Assembly (NCBI GenBank): GCA_018065415.1 | Contig: JAGHTI010000013.1 | Span: forward strand, 1 to 61,710 | Source: Candidatus Equicola stercoris | GTDB lineage: Bacteria; Bacteroidota; Bacteroidia; Bacteroidales; Bacteroidaceae | DNA length: 61,710 nt | Direction of reading: 5' to 3' | Part shown: piece after piece, positions 38,774 through 48,660 of the stretch | Position numbering within the stretch: position 1 is the stretch's first letter | How the letters are laid out: each line of letters begins with the position of its first letter | Made by a program: the position numbers and the translations under genes | Notes under the pieces: generated by a model | Told to the model about the DNA's origin: nothing | What the model saw: the letters and a program-made list of their open reading frames with translations, nothing else | Databases searched by the model: none

Positions 38774-39322
38774 ATGGAAAAGTTAATGGACAGACTTCTC
38801 AAAGTCAACAAATCAATGACCGAATCTGAACTTGATGCACAATTTCCTGATTTAGCGAAATTCCTAATGGGTAACTATTGCATCGAAAGCAAGGGGAATA
38901 AATATTTTATAAACGAGATCGAGTTTTATTTCTATGGTGATAATTATGATGATTTAAGAACAAATAAAAAATCTACTGTTACCTATGCAAGAAACTCTAA
39001 AGCAGGGTGTTGGTACATACATAATTATGGTGTTGATGTGACCTTTGAGAGTAACAAAAAACAGAATTATGGAGGTGGCATACTCATAAGAACAGTTGAA
39101 GATAAAGATAATCACGTCTTTGATGGTCCTGTGAAATGTGTCAACGAGATATGGGAAGAAGCTGTCAGTGTATTCGATAGAGCAGCCCCCAATCCTGTCA
39201 TCATTCCAGAGAAACGAGATATAGAACTTGATGAGCCTACACTTCGCAAAGCAGTTGGAAATGATGACTCACATAAAAAACTTTGGCGTTTTACAGTAAA
39301 GGGCAAAAAGGTCAGCAAATAA
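38774..39322 (+). CDS. Divergent AAG/MPG-like (3-methyladenine) DNA glycosylase
   Basis: LAKFLMG..INEIEFY (cf. IVETEAY), AGCWYIHNYG, ILIRTVE, GPVK and LWRF, in the order found in AAG. Confidence 0.7.
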   Translation: MEKLMDRLLKVNKSMTESELDAQFPDLAKFLMGNYCIESKGNKYFINEIEFYFYGDNYDDLRTNKKSTVTYARNSKAGCWYIHNYGVDVTFESNKKQNYGGGILIRTVEDKDNHVFDGPVKCVNEIWEEAVSVFDRAAPNPVIIPEKRDIELDEPTLRKAVGNDDSHKKLWRFTVKGKKVSK

Positions 39323-39352
39323 AATCTTATGACTTAACAGAGGTTGCTTCGG

Positions 39353-39494
39353 CGTGGATGGCACAAGCGTAACAACGCTTGTCGCCGTTCACGTATGCAT
39401 TCCTTAATGCAAGTGTTGACTCTATTCACTATCATCGTCACCAAAATGCATAAAGACTCAAAATGTGTGCTTCTTCACACTCAGAGTCTATGCA
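39353..39494. other. Cluster of strong hairpins between convergent genes
   Basis: CGTGGATGGC-ACAAGCGT-aaca-ACGCTTGT-c-GCCGTTCACG; TGCATT/AATGCA; TGCAT..AGACTC..GTGTG/CACAC..GAGTCT-ATGCA. Confidence 0.7.
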
Positions 39495-39554
39495 ATGTAT
39501 AATTTCTGTATCTGCGGAAATGACGGATGAACTTATAAAACTAATGACATCTTT

Positions 39555-41078
39555 TCAGAATGCCGCTTCATTGGTATTCGGTTTGAATGGGTCATCATCA
39601 GGTAGTCCTGGAACAGGAAAATCGTCATTCATCTTTGAACTAAATGTACCGCCATCTGTAGGTGGAACATAAGATGCATCCTCATTCTGGAAAGCCGTAA
39701 ACTCGCTACGGAAGTTCAACATGACATCCTTCGTGGCACCCTTTCTGTGTTTAGCAATGATAATCTGAGCCTTACCTCTGGTGGAGTTTCCGTTTTCATC
39801 TTCATAAATCTTATAATATTCAGGACGATGAACGAAGATAACCATATCGGCATCTTGCTCAATGGCTCCAGACTCACGAAGGTCAGAAAGCTGAGGACGT
39901 TTACCTTCTGAACCACTAGACTTTGCATCACGTTTCTCTACATCACGATTCAACTGTGACAATGCCAAGATAGGAATATCTAGTTCTTTCGCCAATCCCT
40001 TCAACGACTGAGATATCGTTGACACCTCCTCCTGACGTGAGCCGAAATGCTTTCCTGTACCAGTCATCAACTGCAGATAGTCGATGATTATCATCTTCAC
40101 ACCTTCATTCTTCACCAGTCGGCGTGCCTTAGTACGTAGTTCAAAGATATTCAGCTGTGGCGTATCATCAACATAGATAGGTGATTTCTGCATTAAATCC
40201 AAATGTCTATCAAGACGTGTCCACTCCAACTGTGTCAGTTGTCCTGTCAGTATATTATGTCCTGGAATTTCGCACACCTGCGAGATGAGTCTGTTTGCTA
40301 ACTGTTTACTACTCATTTCCAAAGAGAAAAATGCAATCGGGTTGTTCATGTCGATGGCAATGTTCTTCACCAAAGACAATGCGAACGATGTCTTTCCCAT
40401 TGCCGGACGACCAGCAACGATGATAAGGTCAGAGCTCTGCCATCCTGCAGTAACATCATCAAGTTTCGTAAACCCACTCGGAAGACCAGTCAGACCACCT
40501 TTCGTCTCCGCAGCCTTACGGATAGAAGCTTCCGCCTCCTCAATGACAGGACCAATCTGTCTATAGTCCTGTTTCATATTCGTTTGCGAAAGTTCAAACA
40601 GATCGCCCTCTGCTTCCTGCATAAGTTCATTGATATCGACAGTTTCATCAAAAGCCTTTGTCTCTATCTTTGATGAATATGTTATCAGTTCGCGTGCAAG
40701 ACTCTTTTGAGCTAAAATCTTAGCATGATATACCACATGAGCCGAAGAAGCCACGTCAGATGTCAGTTCACCAAGATAAGCAGGACCACCCACATTTTCC
40801 AGTTCACCATCTTTTTCCAATTGTTCCGCAACAGTAAGCATGTCAACAGGATGCTGAGACATACTAAGTGTTTCAATGGCAGAATAAATTTTCTGGTTGC
40901 GAGGTTCATAGAAAGAGGAAGGATGAAGGATTTCGCATACTACAGCATACGCATCCGTATCCATCATAAGGGCACCTAAAACTGCCTTTTCTATCTCCAA
41001 CGCCTGTGGTTGAAGATGTCCATACGCGGTATTTATTGGTTGAGTAGGTCGCTGTTTGCGAGTTTTTGAATCTGCCAT
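39555..41078 (-). CDS. dnaB: Replicative DNA helicase
   Basis: GRPAMGKTSF, IIDYLQLM, ALSQLNR, SDLRESGAIEQDAD. Confidence 0.98.
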   Translation of the reverse strand: MADSKTRKQRPTQPINTAYGHLQPQALEIEKAVLGALMMDTDAYAVVCEILHPSSFYEPRNQKIYSAIETLSMSQHPVDMLTVAEQLEKDGELENVGGPAYLGELTSDVASSAHVVYHAKILAQKSLARELITYSSKIETKAFDETVDINELMQEAEGDLFELSQTNMKQDYRQIGPVIEEAEASIRKAAETKGGLTGLPSGFTKLDDVTAGWQSSDLIIVAGRPAMGKTSFALSLVKNIAIDMNNPIAFFSLEMSSKQLANRLISQVCEIPGHNILTGQLTQLEWTRLDRHLDLMQKSPIYVDDTPQLNIFELRTKARRLVKNEGVKMIIIDYLQLMTGTGKHFGSRQEEVSTISQSLKGLAKELDIPILALSQLNRDVEKRDAKSSGSEGKRPQLSDLRESGAIEQDADMVIFVHRPEYYKIYEDENGNSTRGKAQIIIAKHRKGATKDVMLNFRSEFTAFQNEDASYVPPTDGGTFSSKMNDDFPVPGLPDDDPFKPNTNEAAF

Positions 41079-41099
41079 ATCTTCTTTCTTTTTTGCGGA

Positions 41100-41927
41100 C
41101 TACAAAGTTAGAAAATAATTATTATTTCCTTGACAAAATAGAGAGTTATTATTTTCCAATGGTTGACGAAAGATGCCAAACATTGCACTACCACTCCCCG
41201 TCATAGATGCATACAGAGCACCTGATTCATATAAATATTTTTTTATCTCTGCTAATTGTGGATAAAGAGAAAAGGCTGATACCTCAAAATCATTCTTCAA
41301 CTCATCACGCCATGTCTCTATTGGTTGTGACACTATCTCACGACATTTTTTCTGTGACATTCTCGGCTCGACCAAAGAAAAGGCCTCTTTTGTAGAGATA
41401 GCTACATCAGGTTTTATGATGATAATTTCAAGACCTTTCAAATCAAGGTCTATCACTTCCAACTGCTCCCCTATTCCCGTAGCAAAACACGGTTTTGAGT
41501 AAACAAAAAACGGGCAGTCGGCACCTAATCTTTTTGCATAGCCTGCCAAAGCGGTTTCATTCAATCCTAAACAAAACTCCTTATTTAATAATAATAAGGT
41601 GTAAGCAGCATCAGCAGAACCGCCCCCCATTCCTGCCTGTGTTGGGATGTTCTTTTTTAAATTAAACCGTAATGGTGGTATTTCAAAATCGTTTGCCAAC
41701 AGGCGGTAAGCACGCAACACAAGATTGTCTGACAAGTCGCCTGCTATTTCCAAACCATCTATATGCAATGAGGTGGTGTTGCCATCTTGTAACACCTCCA
41801 TCGACAATTCATCATACAAAGGTACTGGATAGAACACGGTTTCAAGGTTATGATAGCCATCCGGTCTTTTGCTGACGATATTAAGTCCCAAATTTATCTT
41901 TGCAGGTATTTTTACTGTTGCATGCAT
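41100..41927 (-). CDS. ispE: 4-diphosphocytidyl-2-C-methyl-D-erythritol kinase
   Basis: AKINLGL, GYHNLET, AGMGGGSADAA, LGADCPFF, MTGSGS. Confidence 0.96.
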   Translation of the reverse strand: MHATVKIPAKINLGLNIVSKRPDGYHNLETVFYPVPLYDELSMEVLQDGNTTSLHIDGLEIAGDLSDNLVLRAYRLLANDFEIPPLRFNLKKNIPTQAGMGGGSADAAYTLLLLNKEFCLGLNETALAGYAKRLGADCPFFVYSKPCFATGIGEQLEVIDLDLKGLEIIIIKPDVAISTKEAFSLVEPRMSQKKCREIVSQPIETWRDELKNDFEVSAFSLYPQLAEIKKYLYESGALYASMTGSGSAMFGIFRQPLENNNSLFCQGNNNYFLTL

Positions 41928-42009
41928 ATCAAAAATTCATTTTTGCAAAGGTAGAAAAAAAATAGTGTGACACCAAAAAGTATCACACCAACTGCTTTCT
42001 TATATTTTG

Positions 42010-42082
42010 TACACCGTCAGAGGCTCGAACTCTGGACACCCTGATTAAGAGTCAGGTGCTCTACCAACTGAGCTAACGGTGC
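42010..42082 (-). tRNA. tRNA-Lys(CTT)
   Basis: GCACCGTTAGCTCAGTTGGTAGAGCACCTGA-CTCTTAA-TCAGGGTGTCCAGAGTTCGAGCCTCTGACGGTGTA forms a cloverleaf; CCA not encoded; -7 box at 42100-42107. Confidence 0.96.
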
Positions 42083-42203
42083 GTTGATAAAAGCGGATGC
42101 AAAGTTATACATTTTTTTACTACCAACAAAATTTTTATAAACTTTTTTATTAATATTGCACTTGTAGGTTGATTCTCCACTCCATTTTTCATCCTTCCAA
42201 ATC

Positions 42204-42252
42204 GGAAATAAATAAATTTATTTGGCATTGTCCTTGATTTGCACTAATTTTG
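42204..42252 (+). promoter_or_regulatory. Isolated right arm of element B forming the mtnN promoter
   Basis: Near-identical to 24031-24080; TTTG 42221-42224, 20 nt, TAATTTTG 42245-42252. Confidence 0.75.
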
Positions 42253-42276
42253 AAGTCGGCTATAGGTAAAAACTGT

Positions 42277-42936
42277 ATGAAAATAGGATTAATCGTAGCA
42301 ATGAATAAGGAGTACGAGCAGTTTATCAACGTACTCGGTTCTGATGATGTGCAATTGGGTGACAACCATATTATCTTACGCAAGTGTGGTATTGGTAAGG
42401 TCAATGCTGCTGTGGGATGTACCCTACTCATCAAAGAGCATAATCCCGACTTGATAATATCCAGTGGTGTGGCAGGTGGAACATCAAGAACGAACATCAT
42501 GGATGTGGTAGTCAGCGAAAGAGTTGTGTATCATGACGTATATTGCGGTCCGGAATCACAGTATGGAGCAATACAGCACATGCCGGCAATATATGAAACA
42601 CCGAAAGACCTGATAAAACTGGCATTAAACAGCAAGACTTCCGAAAATACAGGACAGAACATCCATGCTGGTTTGATTGCCAGTGGAGATTCTTTTATCG
42701 ACGACAGGGAAAAATATAATAAGGTAATGGAGCATTTTCCAGAAACTCTCGCTTTCGATATGGAAAGTGGTTCTCTTGCACAAGTATGTTACATATTCAA
42801 TGTGCCATTTATCAGTTTTCGTATAATATCTGACATCGTCACAAAAGAAAATAACACAAAGATGTACACCGACTTCTGGGCAACAGTATCGGACACATCA
42901 TTTAATATAACCAAACAATTTCTAAAACAACTATGA
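42277..42936 (+). CDS. mtnN: 5'-methylthioadenosine/S-adenosylhomocysteine nucleosidase
   Basis: KIGLIVAM, GIGKVNAA, SGDSFI, DMESGS, FRIISD. Confidence 0.95.
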   Translation: MKIGLIVAMNKEYEQFINVLGSDDVQLGDNHIILRKCGIGKVNAAVGCTLLIKEHNPDLIISSGVAGGTSRTNIMDVVVSERVVYHDVYCGPESQYGAIQHMPAIYETPKDLIKLALNSKTSENTGQNIHAGLIASGDSFIDDREKYNKVMEHFPETLAFDMESGSLAQVCYIFNVPFISFRIISDIVTKENNTKMYTDFWATVSDTSFNITKQFLKQL

Positions 42937-43379
42937 TTGAGTATTTTGCAAGTAATGTCTGGCAGATATGGACAATTATCGCCATATTATGCCTTATTTT
43001 GGAACTGAGCAGTGGTGATTTCTTTATCATCTGTTTCTCTATTGGTGCAGTCTTCGCTGCCATCGCATCTGGCATCGGACTGAATATCTATTGGCAATTG
43101 GCATTTTTCGCTTTATTCACTCTAATAAGTATCTTTACCGTCAGGCCTCTGGCATTGAAATATCTTCATAAAAAAGAAGACCGCCCAAGCAATGCTGATG
43201 CTCTTATTGGCAGAGAAGGTACTGTTAGTGAGAGCATCGAAGAAAATGGTTATGGACGTGTCGCCATTGATGGTGATGATTGGAAAGCATTATCCCATGA
43301 TGGTAGTGGCATAGAAAAAGGTACAAAGGTAAAGGTTCTGTCAAGAGAGTCTATTATAATAACCGTAGAAAGAATATAA
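42933..43379 (+). CDS. NfeD family membrane protein
   Basis: N-terminal TMs plus OB-fold (LIGREG, GRVAIDGDDWKA); next to an SPFH gene. Confidence 0.9.
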   Translation: MIEYFASNVWQIWTIIAILCLILELSSGDFFIICFSIGAVFAAIASGIGLNIYWQLAFFALFTLISIFTVRPLALKYLHKKEDRPSNADALIGREGTVSESIEENGYGRVAIDGDDWKALSHDGSGIEKGTKVKVLSRESIIITVERI

Positions 43380-43484
43380 TGAGACCTAGCTGAACCAGAG
43401 CACGTAGATACACTCGTCATCTGGACAAACAAAAAATACAGAAGTACTTTATAAAAAATTATATCAAATAAAATTCACAAAACT

Positions 43485-44438
43485 ATGGAAACAACAATTT
43501 GGGTTCTTATCGTAATCGTCATTTGCGTACTCATCCTCGCAAAGAAATCGCTTGTCATCATACCACAAAGCGAGACGAAAGTCATTGAGCGTCTAGGAAA
43601 ATACCACGCTACTCTGCAACCAGGCATCAACATCATTCTGCCATTCATAGACTGTCCAAAACTCATTGCGACATCTGTACGTGGTGGAAGATATTACTAT
43701 TCATCTTCTATCGACCTGCGTGAACAGGTTTATGATTTCGACAAACAGAACGTGATTACTAAGGATAATGTGCAGACGCAGATAAATGCCCTACTCTACT
43801 TCCAGATTGTAGACCCTTTCAAGAGTGTTTATGAAATCAACAATCTGCCTAATGCTATCGAAAAGCTTACCCAGACCACTTTGCGTAATATCATCGGAGA
43901 ACTGGAACTGGATGAGACTCTGACATCACGTGACACCATCAACACCAAGTTGCGTGCAGTCCTTGATGACGCTACCAACAAATGGGGAGTAAAAGTAAAC
44001 CGAGTTGAACTGCAGGATATCAATCCACCTGAGTCAGTACTTCAGGCAATGGAAAAGCAGATGCAGGCAGAGCGTAACAAGCGTGCGACTATTCTCGAGT
44101 CAGAAGCAAGCAAACAACAGGCAATCCTCATCTCTGAAGGTGACAAGATGGCTGTCATCAATCAGGCAGAGGCAAAGAAGCAACAGGCTATATTGGAAGC
44201 AGAAGGACAAGCACAAGCTCATATCCGCAAGGCAGAAGCTGAGGCAAAAGCTATTGAACAAATCACAGCTGCCGTACAGAAGTCAAGCAATCCAGCTAAT
44301 TATCTTTTGGCTCAAAAATATATTGACATGCTGAAAGAAGTTGCCAGTGGCGACAAGACAAAGACTGTATATCTGCCGTACGAGGCATCAAATCTCATGG
44401 GCTCTATCGGTGGCATCAAGGATTTATTCAAAGGATAA
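43485..44438 (+). CDS. SPFH/band 7 (QmcA/paraslipin-like) protein
   Basis: IERLGKY, VITKDN, TTLRNIIG, KQMQAER. Confidence 0.93.
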   Translation: METTIWVLIVIVICVLILAKKSLVIIPQSETKVIERLGKYHATLQPGINIILPFIDCPKLIATSVRGGRYYYSSSIDLREQVYDFDKQNVITKDNVQTQINALLYFQIVDPFKSVYEINNLPNAIEKLTQTTLRNIIGELELDETLTSRDTINTKLRAVLDDATNKWGVKVNRVELQDINPPESVLQAMEKQMQAERNKRATILESEASKQQAILISEGDKMAVINQAEAKKQQAILEAEGQAQAHIRKAEAEAKAIEQITAAVQKSSNPANYLLAQKYIDMLKEVASGDKTKTVYLPYEASNLMGSIGGIKDLFKG

Positions 44439-44457
44439 TTCTTTTGTATATAAAACA

Positions 44458-44496
44458 AACAAAAATGCCTGCACATTTGATGCAGGCATTTTTGTT
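44458..44496. terminator. Bidirectional intrinsic terminator
   Basis: AACAAAAATGCCTGCA-catttga-TGCAGGCATTTTTGTT between convergent SPFH and glgP. Confidence 0.88.
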
Positions 44497-44511
44497 GTTC
44501 AGTATCACAGA

Positions 44512-47076
44512 CTAGTCGAGCCATTTTACATAGCAGAAGTCTTGACGATGAGGCAGTTTATTGTTTTTAGGATACATACGGAATGCGTACTTAAATGAAC
44601 CAGCACTCGTCGGTTCGTATTTAAGTTCAAACGTATAGTTGTTGCCTTCCTTGCCTGTCATCTTAAACGGATAAGCCTTTATGAACTGGTGTCCTGTTGC
44701 ATCAGGGTTCTCATTGATAACAACAAGTTCCAAGCCTACGGCATCATCGAGTCCCTGTTCATCTATGACATAGCGAATCTTATAAGCCTGTCCACCGACA
44801 CAACCTTCTGATGGTATCTCATTATAGCTTTCCACAACGTTTATAGAGTCCCAACGTTCTGAAACTGTTTCTTTCCACTGAGCAATCTCCTTTGCCATGT
44901 GATTATCATTCTTTGAGAGTTCCTTGAATCTCATTGCCTCTTTAGTGTAGAATTTTGAATAATAATCATCCAACTGACGTTTCATTGTATAATGAGGAGC
45001 AATCTGTGCAATAGAATTCTTTATTGTCTTCACCCATCCTTCTGAATACCCCTTATCATTTGTATTATAATAAAGAGGTATAATCTCATTCTCCAGCATG
45101 CCGTATATTGTAGTAGCATCCAGCTGGTCCTGATAATTTTGGTTTACGTATGTACGTTTTTCTGTCAATGCCCAACCAGCGCCTTCACGGTAACCTTCGA
45201 GCCACCAGCCATCAAGAACAGAGAGGTTTACTACACCATTCATCTCTGCCTTTTCGCCAGATGTACCAGAAGCCTCAAGAGGACGAGTTGGAGTATTCAT
45301 CCATATATCGACACCTGACACCAGACGACGAGCAAGACGCATGTCATAGTCTTCAAGGAAGATAATCTTACCCAAAAATTCTGGACGTTGTGATATTTCA
45401 TAAATACGTTTTATCAATCCCTGACCAGCACCATCTGCAGGATGAGCCTTTCCTGAGAACAAGAACTTCACAGGACGCTCAGGATTATTTACAATACGGT
45501 TCAGTCTTTCAAGGTCTGTAAAGAGCAGATGTGCACGTTTGTATGTTGCAAAACGGCGACAGAAACCAATGATAAGAGCATTTGGAGTTATACTCTCAAG
45601 TAATGACAAAACGCGAGAAGGGTCGCCTTGATTCTGCAACCATTTCTGTGCGAACTTACCCTTGATATAGTCAACCAGTTTTGTCTTCATTGCCATACGG
45701 ATTTTCCATATTTCCTCATCTGGCACTTTATATATGGCTTCCCATATCTTCTCATTAGACTGATCATTAATCCATGATGAATCAAAATTGTGTCTGTAGA
45801 GTTCCATCCAATTTGATGATGTCCATGTTGGCATGTGAACACCATTGGTAACATATCCCACATGATTTTCCTCTGGGAAATATCCTTTCCAGATTCCAGA
45901 GAACATCTTCTGTGACACCCATCCATGAAGCATACTCACACCATTCACTTCCTGACATGTATTGCATGCAAAAATACTCATGCAGAATTTCTCATTATGG
46001 TCGTTAGGATTCATACGTCCCATACCTATCAGTTCATCGAATGTGATTCCGAGTACATCTGCATACCCACTAAGATATTTTGCAAAAAGTCCTTCTTCAA
46101 AATAGTCGTGTCCTGCTGGCACAGGGGTATGTACAGTGTAAAGAGATGAAGCACGAACAAGTTCCAATGCCTGATTAAATGTCAATCCCTCTTTCACATA
46201 ATCACACAGACGTTGCAGATTGCAAAGAGCAGCATGACCTTCATTACAGTGATAGATATCTTTCTTTATACCGAGTTTCTTCAGTAACAACATACCACCA
46301 ATACCAAGGAGTATTTCTTGTTTAAGTCTATTCTCCCATTCACCACCATAAAGAGAATGAGTAATTGGCTTATCAAATTCAGAATTCATGTCATTGTCTG
46401 TATCGAGAAGATAGAGAGAGACACGTCCCACTTGTGCTTTCCATACATAAGCATGCACATGATAGTTCATATAAGGAACATCAATAACCATTGGTTGTCC
46501 ATTCTCTTCGAGCATCTGTACTATAGGCAGAGAATTGAAGTTCTGTGTTTCATAGTTTGCTATCTGCTGTCCATCCATGCTTAAAGACTGAGTGAAATAA
46601 CCATAGCGATACAAGAAACCGACTGCGCACATATCGACATTCGAATCAGAAGCCTCCTTTAGATAGTCGCCTGCCAACATTCCCAGTCCACCTGAATATA
46701 TCTTCAACACATGTGACATACCATATTCCATACAGAAATAGGCAACAGAAGGACGAGATGCGTCTGGTTTTTTATTCATATACTCTGTAAAACGGTCATT
46801 TATCATATTCATCTCTTTGATGAATGAGATATTCTTTGACAGTTCTTTCATCTTTTCATAACCTATTCTCTCCAGTAGCAATACAGGGTTATGTTGTACA
46901 TCTTCATAAATCTGAGGATCCATGCTACGCCACATATCACGAACTTCATAGTTCCATGTCCACCAAAGATTATGTGCCAGTTCATCAAGGCACTGCATGT
47001 TTTCTGGGAGTTTACTCTTTACAGAAACACCCTTAAAAACAGGTTCATTTACATAATTGGATTTAATTTTTACCAT
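44512..47076 (-). CDS. glgP: Alpha-glucan (glycogen) phosphorylase
   Basis: [34 protein letters not shown]. Confidence 0.96.
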   Translation of the reverse strand: MVKIKSNYVNEPVFKGVSVKSKLPENMQCLDELAHNLWWTWNYEVRDMWRSMDPQIYEDVQHNPVLLLERIGYEKMKELSKNISFIKEMNMINDRFTEYMNKKPDASRPSVAYFCMEYGMSHVLKIYSGGLGMLAGDYLKEASDSNVDMCAVGFLYRYGYFTQSLSMDGQQIANYETQNFNSLPIVQMLEENGQPMVIDVPYMNYHVHAYVWKAQVGRVSLYLLDTDNDMNSEFDKPITHSLYGGEWENRLKQEILLGIGGMLLLKKLGIKKDIYHCNEGHAALCNLQRLCDYVKEGLTFNQALELVRASSLYTVHTPVPAGHDYFEEGLFAKYLSGYADVLGITFDELIGMGRMNPNDHNEKFCMSIFACNTCQEVNGVSMLHGWVSQKMFSGIWKGYFPEENHVGYVTNGVHMPTWTSSNWMELYRHNFDSSWINDQSNEKIWEAIYKVPDEEIWKIRMAMKTKLVDYIKGKFAQKWLQNQGDPSRVLSLLESITPNALIIGFCRRFATYKRAHLLFTDLERLNRIVNNPERPVKFLFSGKAHPADGAGQGLIKRIYEISQRPEFLGKIIFLEDYDMRLARRLVSGVDIWMNTPTRPLEASGTSGEKAEMNGVVNLSVLDGWWLEGYREGAGWALTEKRTYVNQNYQDQLDATTIYGMLENEIIPLYYNTNDKGYSEGWVKTIKNSIAQIAPHYTMKRQLDDYYSKFYTKEAMRFKELSKNDNHMAKEIAQWKETVSERWDSINVVESYNEIPSEGCVGGQAYKIRYVIDEQGLDDAVGLELVVINENPDATGHQFIKAYPFKMTGKEGNNYTFELKYEPTSAGSFKYAFRMYPKNNKLPHRQDFCYVKWLD

Positions 47077-47120
47077 ATTTTATTATGTTTATTATTGAAT
47101 ATACTCTATACTCTAAGCTC

Positions 47121-48650
47121 TCAGCTATTTTTTATTCTCGTTATTTTATTTCTAAATGCGATGTCGTATGCTTCGTCATAATATCTTATGAAGTCTTTCC
47201 ACAAAGCTCTGCGTGAGAGTGTTGCTGCTTCTTTTCTGACAGCATTCATCTCCTCAACAGGCAAAGTCACAAATTTCTTTATTGTGTCCTTGATTTCTAC
47301 TGATGCCTCAGCAAAATTATAATCACTACGATGCACCACCGTTACTGCAGAGAGTGGCAAAGACGTGTTTGTTTTTACAAAAATTTTATTTTTTTCTGCC
47401 CATAGACCAAACCCAGCGAGGTCTGTCGTGATACACGGCACATTAAATGCTATTGCCTCCAAAGGTGTATATCCCCAAGGCTCGTAATATGAAGGATATA
47501 TGCACAAGTCACATCCTATGATGGTATCATAATAGTCGGGAAGATACTCCGGCACCGGTATTATTGCCAGATAAGAACTGTCTGTCTGGAACACATCTAT
47601 GTTTGTCGCATTGTAATAAGGAACGAAGATGAATGCCAACACCTTGCGTCTGCATGTCCCATCCTTGCCCAATCGGCATATTGCATCATGGAACATGTCC
47701 AATCCTTTATTGTGATATTCAAATCTTCCACTTGTACTTATAATGAAGGTATCGTCATCAAATGATGTTTCCAGTTTGTCACTAGCCATCTTCAGAAGTT
47801 TCTCGCGAGCCTGACAACGTTTTTTGTCAAATTCTGCTTTTGACGATGGCACAAAACTATTGTCAAACCCATTCGGCTGTACCACATCTGGAGTTTTATC
47901 CAACAGTTCTGCACATTCCCTTGCAGTGATGTCACTAACTGTAGTAAAGCAATCCACATGACATGCCACCTGTTTTTCAAGACTATGTTTTGAGGCAACA
48001 TTTAGTTCGCCTGCCATTTGGTCTCCTTTATAAGCCCACAGATAGTCGTACAAAGGTTTTCCGTTTCCTGCAATACTGCGACCTATCGTCGTGGCATGAG
48101 TTGTGAAGATAGTAGCTATCTCTGGAACATTCTTCTTAATATAAAGAGCCCCCATACCTGTCATCCATTCATGGCATTGGTATATCACATTTGCGTCAGG
48201 TGCGTTCACCGAAATCTCCATTTTATAAAGAGACTCCACCACCTTAGCAGTGGCAATAGCAAACATACATGACTCATCGTAGTCGCCATAGGCATGCAGA
48301 GAATCCACATTGAAATCCTCCCACATCTTGGCATATATTGCATTTTTTTCAGAAAAGAACGGTTTGAAGTCAACAAGTATCGCAACTGGATTTCCTGGAA
48401 TCTGCCAACGTCCTACACGTACAGAAAGTCCTTCTGCCGTTGTCTTCTTACGCCATCCTGAATAAATCTTGTCGTCTTCTGCAAAAAGTCCGTTTTCTAC
48501 ACCGAAGTCAGGACCAATAAATATCAACCTGTCTCCCAAACGTTCATTCAAAATCTTCGCACGTGTGGAGAGCACCGTATAAATGCCACCTACCTTATTA
48601 CAAACTTCCCAACTTGATTCTAATACCCAATCCGGCTTTATCTTTGCCAT
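47121..48650 (-). CDS. GT3 glycogen/starch synthase
   Basis: SWEVCNKVGGIYTV, TTHAT, YYEPWGYTPLE. Confidence 0.92.
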   Translation of the reverse strand: MAKIKPDWVLESSWEVCNKVGGIYTVLSTRAKILNERLGDRLIFIGPDFGVENGLFAEDDKIYSGWRKKTTAEGLSVRVGRWQIPGNPVAILVDFKPFFSEKNAIYAKMWEDFNVDSLHAYGDYDESCMFAIATAKVVESLYKMEISVNAPDANVIYQCHEWMTGMGALYIKKNVPEIATIFTTHATTIGRSIAGNGKPLYDYLWAYKGDQMAGELNVASKHSLEKQVACHVDCFTTVSDITARECAELLDKTPDVVQPNGFDNSFVPSSKAEFDKKRCQAREKLLKMASDKLETSFDDDTFIISTSGRFEYHNKGLDMFHDAICRLGKDGTCRRKVLAFIFVPYYNATNIDVFQTDSSYLAIIPVPEYLPDYYDTIIGCDLCIYPSYYEPWGYTPLEAIAFNVPCITTDLAGFGLWAEKNKIFVKTNTSLPLSAVTVVHRSDYNFAEASVEIKDTIKKFVTLPVEEMNAVRKEAATLSRRALWKDFIRYYDEAYDIAFRNKITRIKNS

Positions 48651-48660
48651 AACTTATTTA

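Noticed and set aside
39555-41078. Possible intein in DnaB
   Set aside because: The length is ordinary and the helicase motifs are contiguous.
42010-42082. tRNA-Lys as an island integration site
   Set aside because: Flanked by housekeeping ispE and mtnN; I saw no duplicated tRNA 3' end or integrase in the window.
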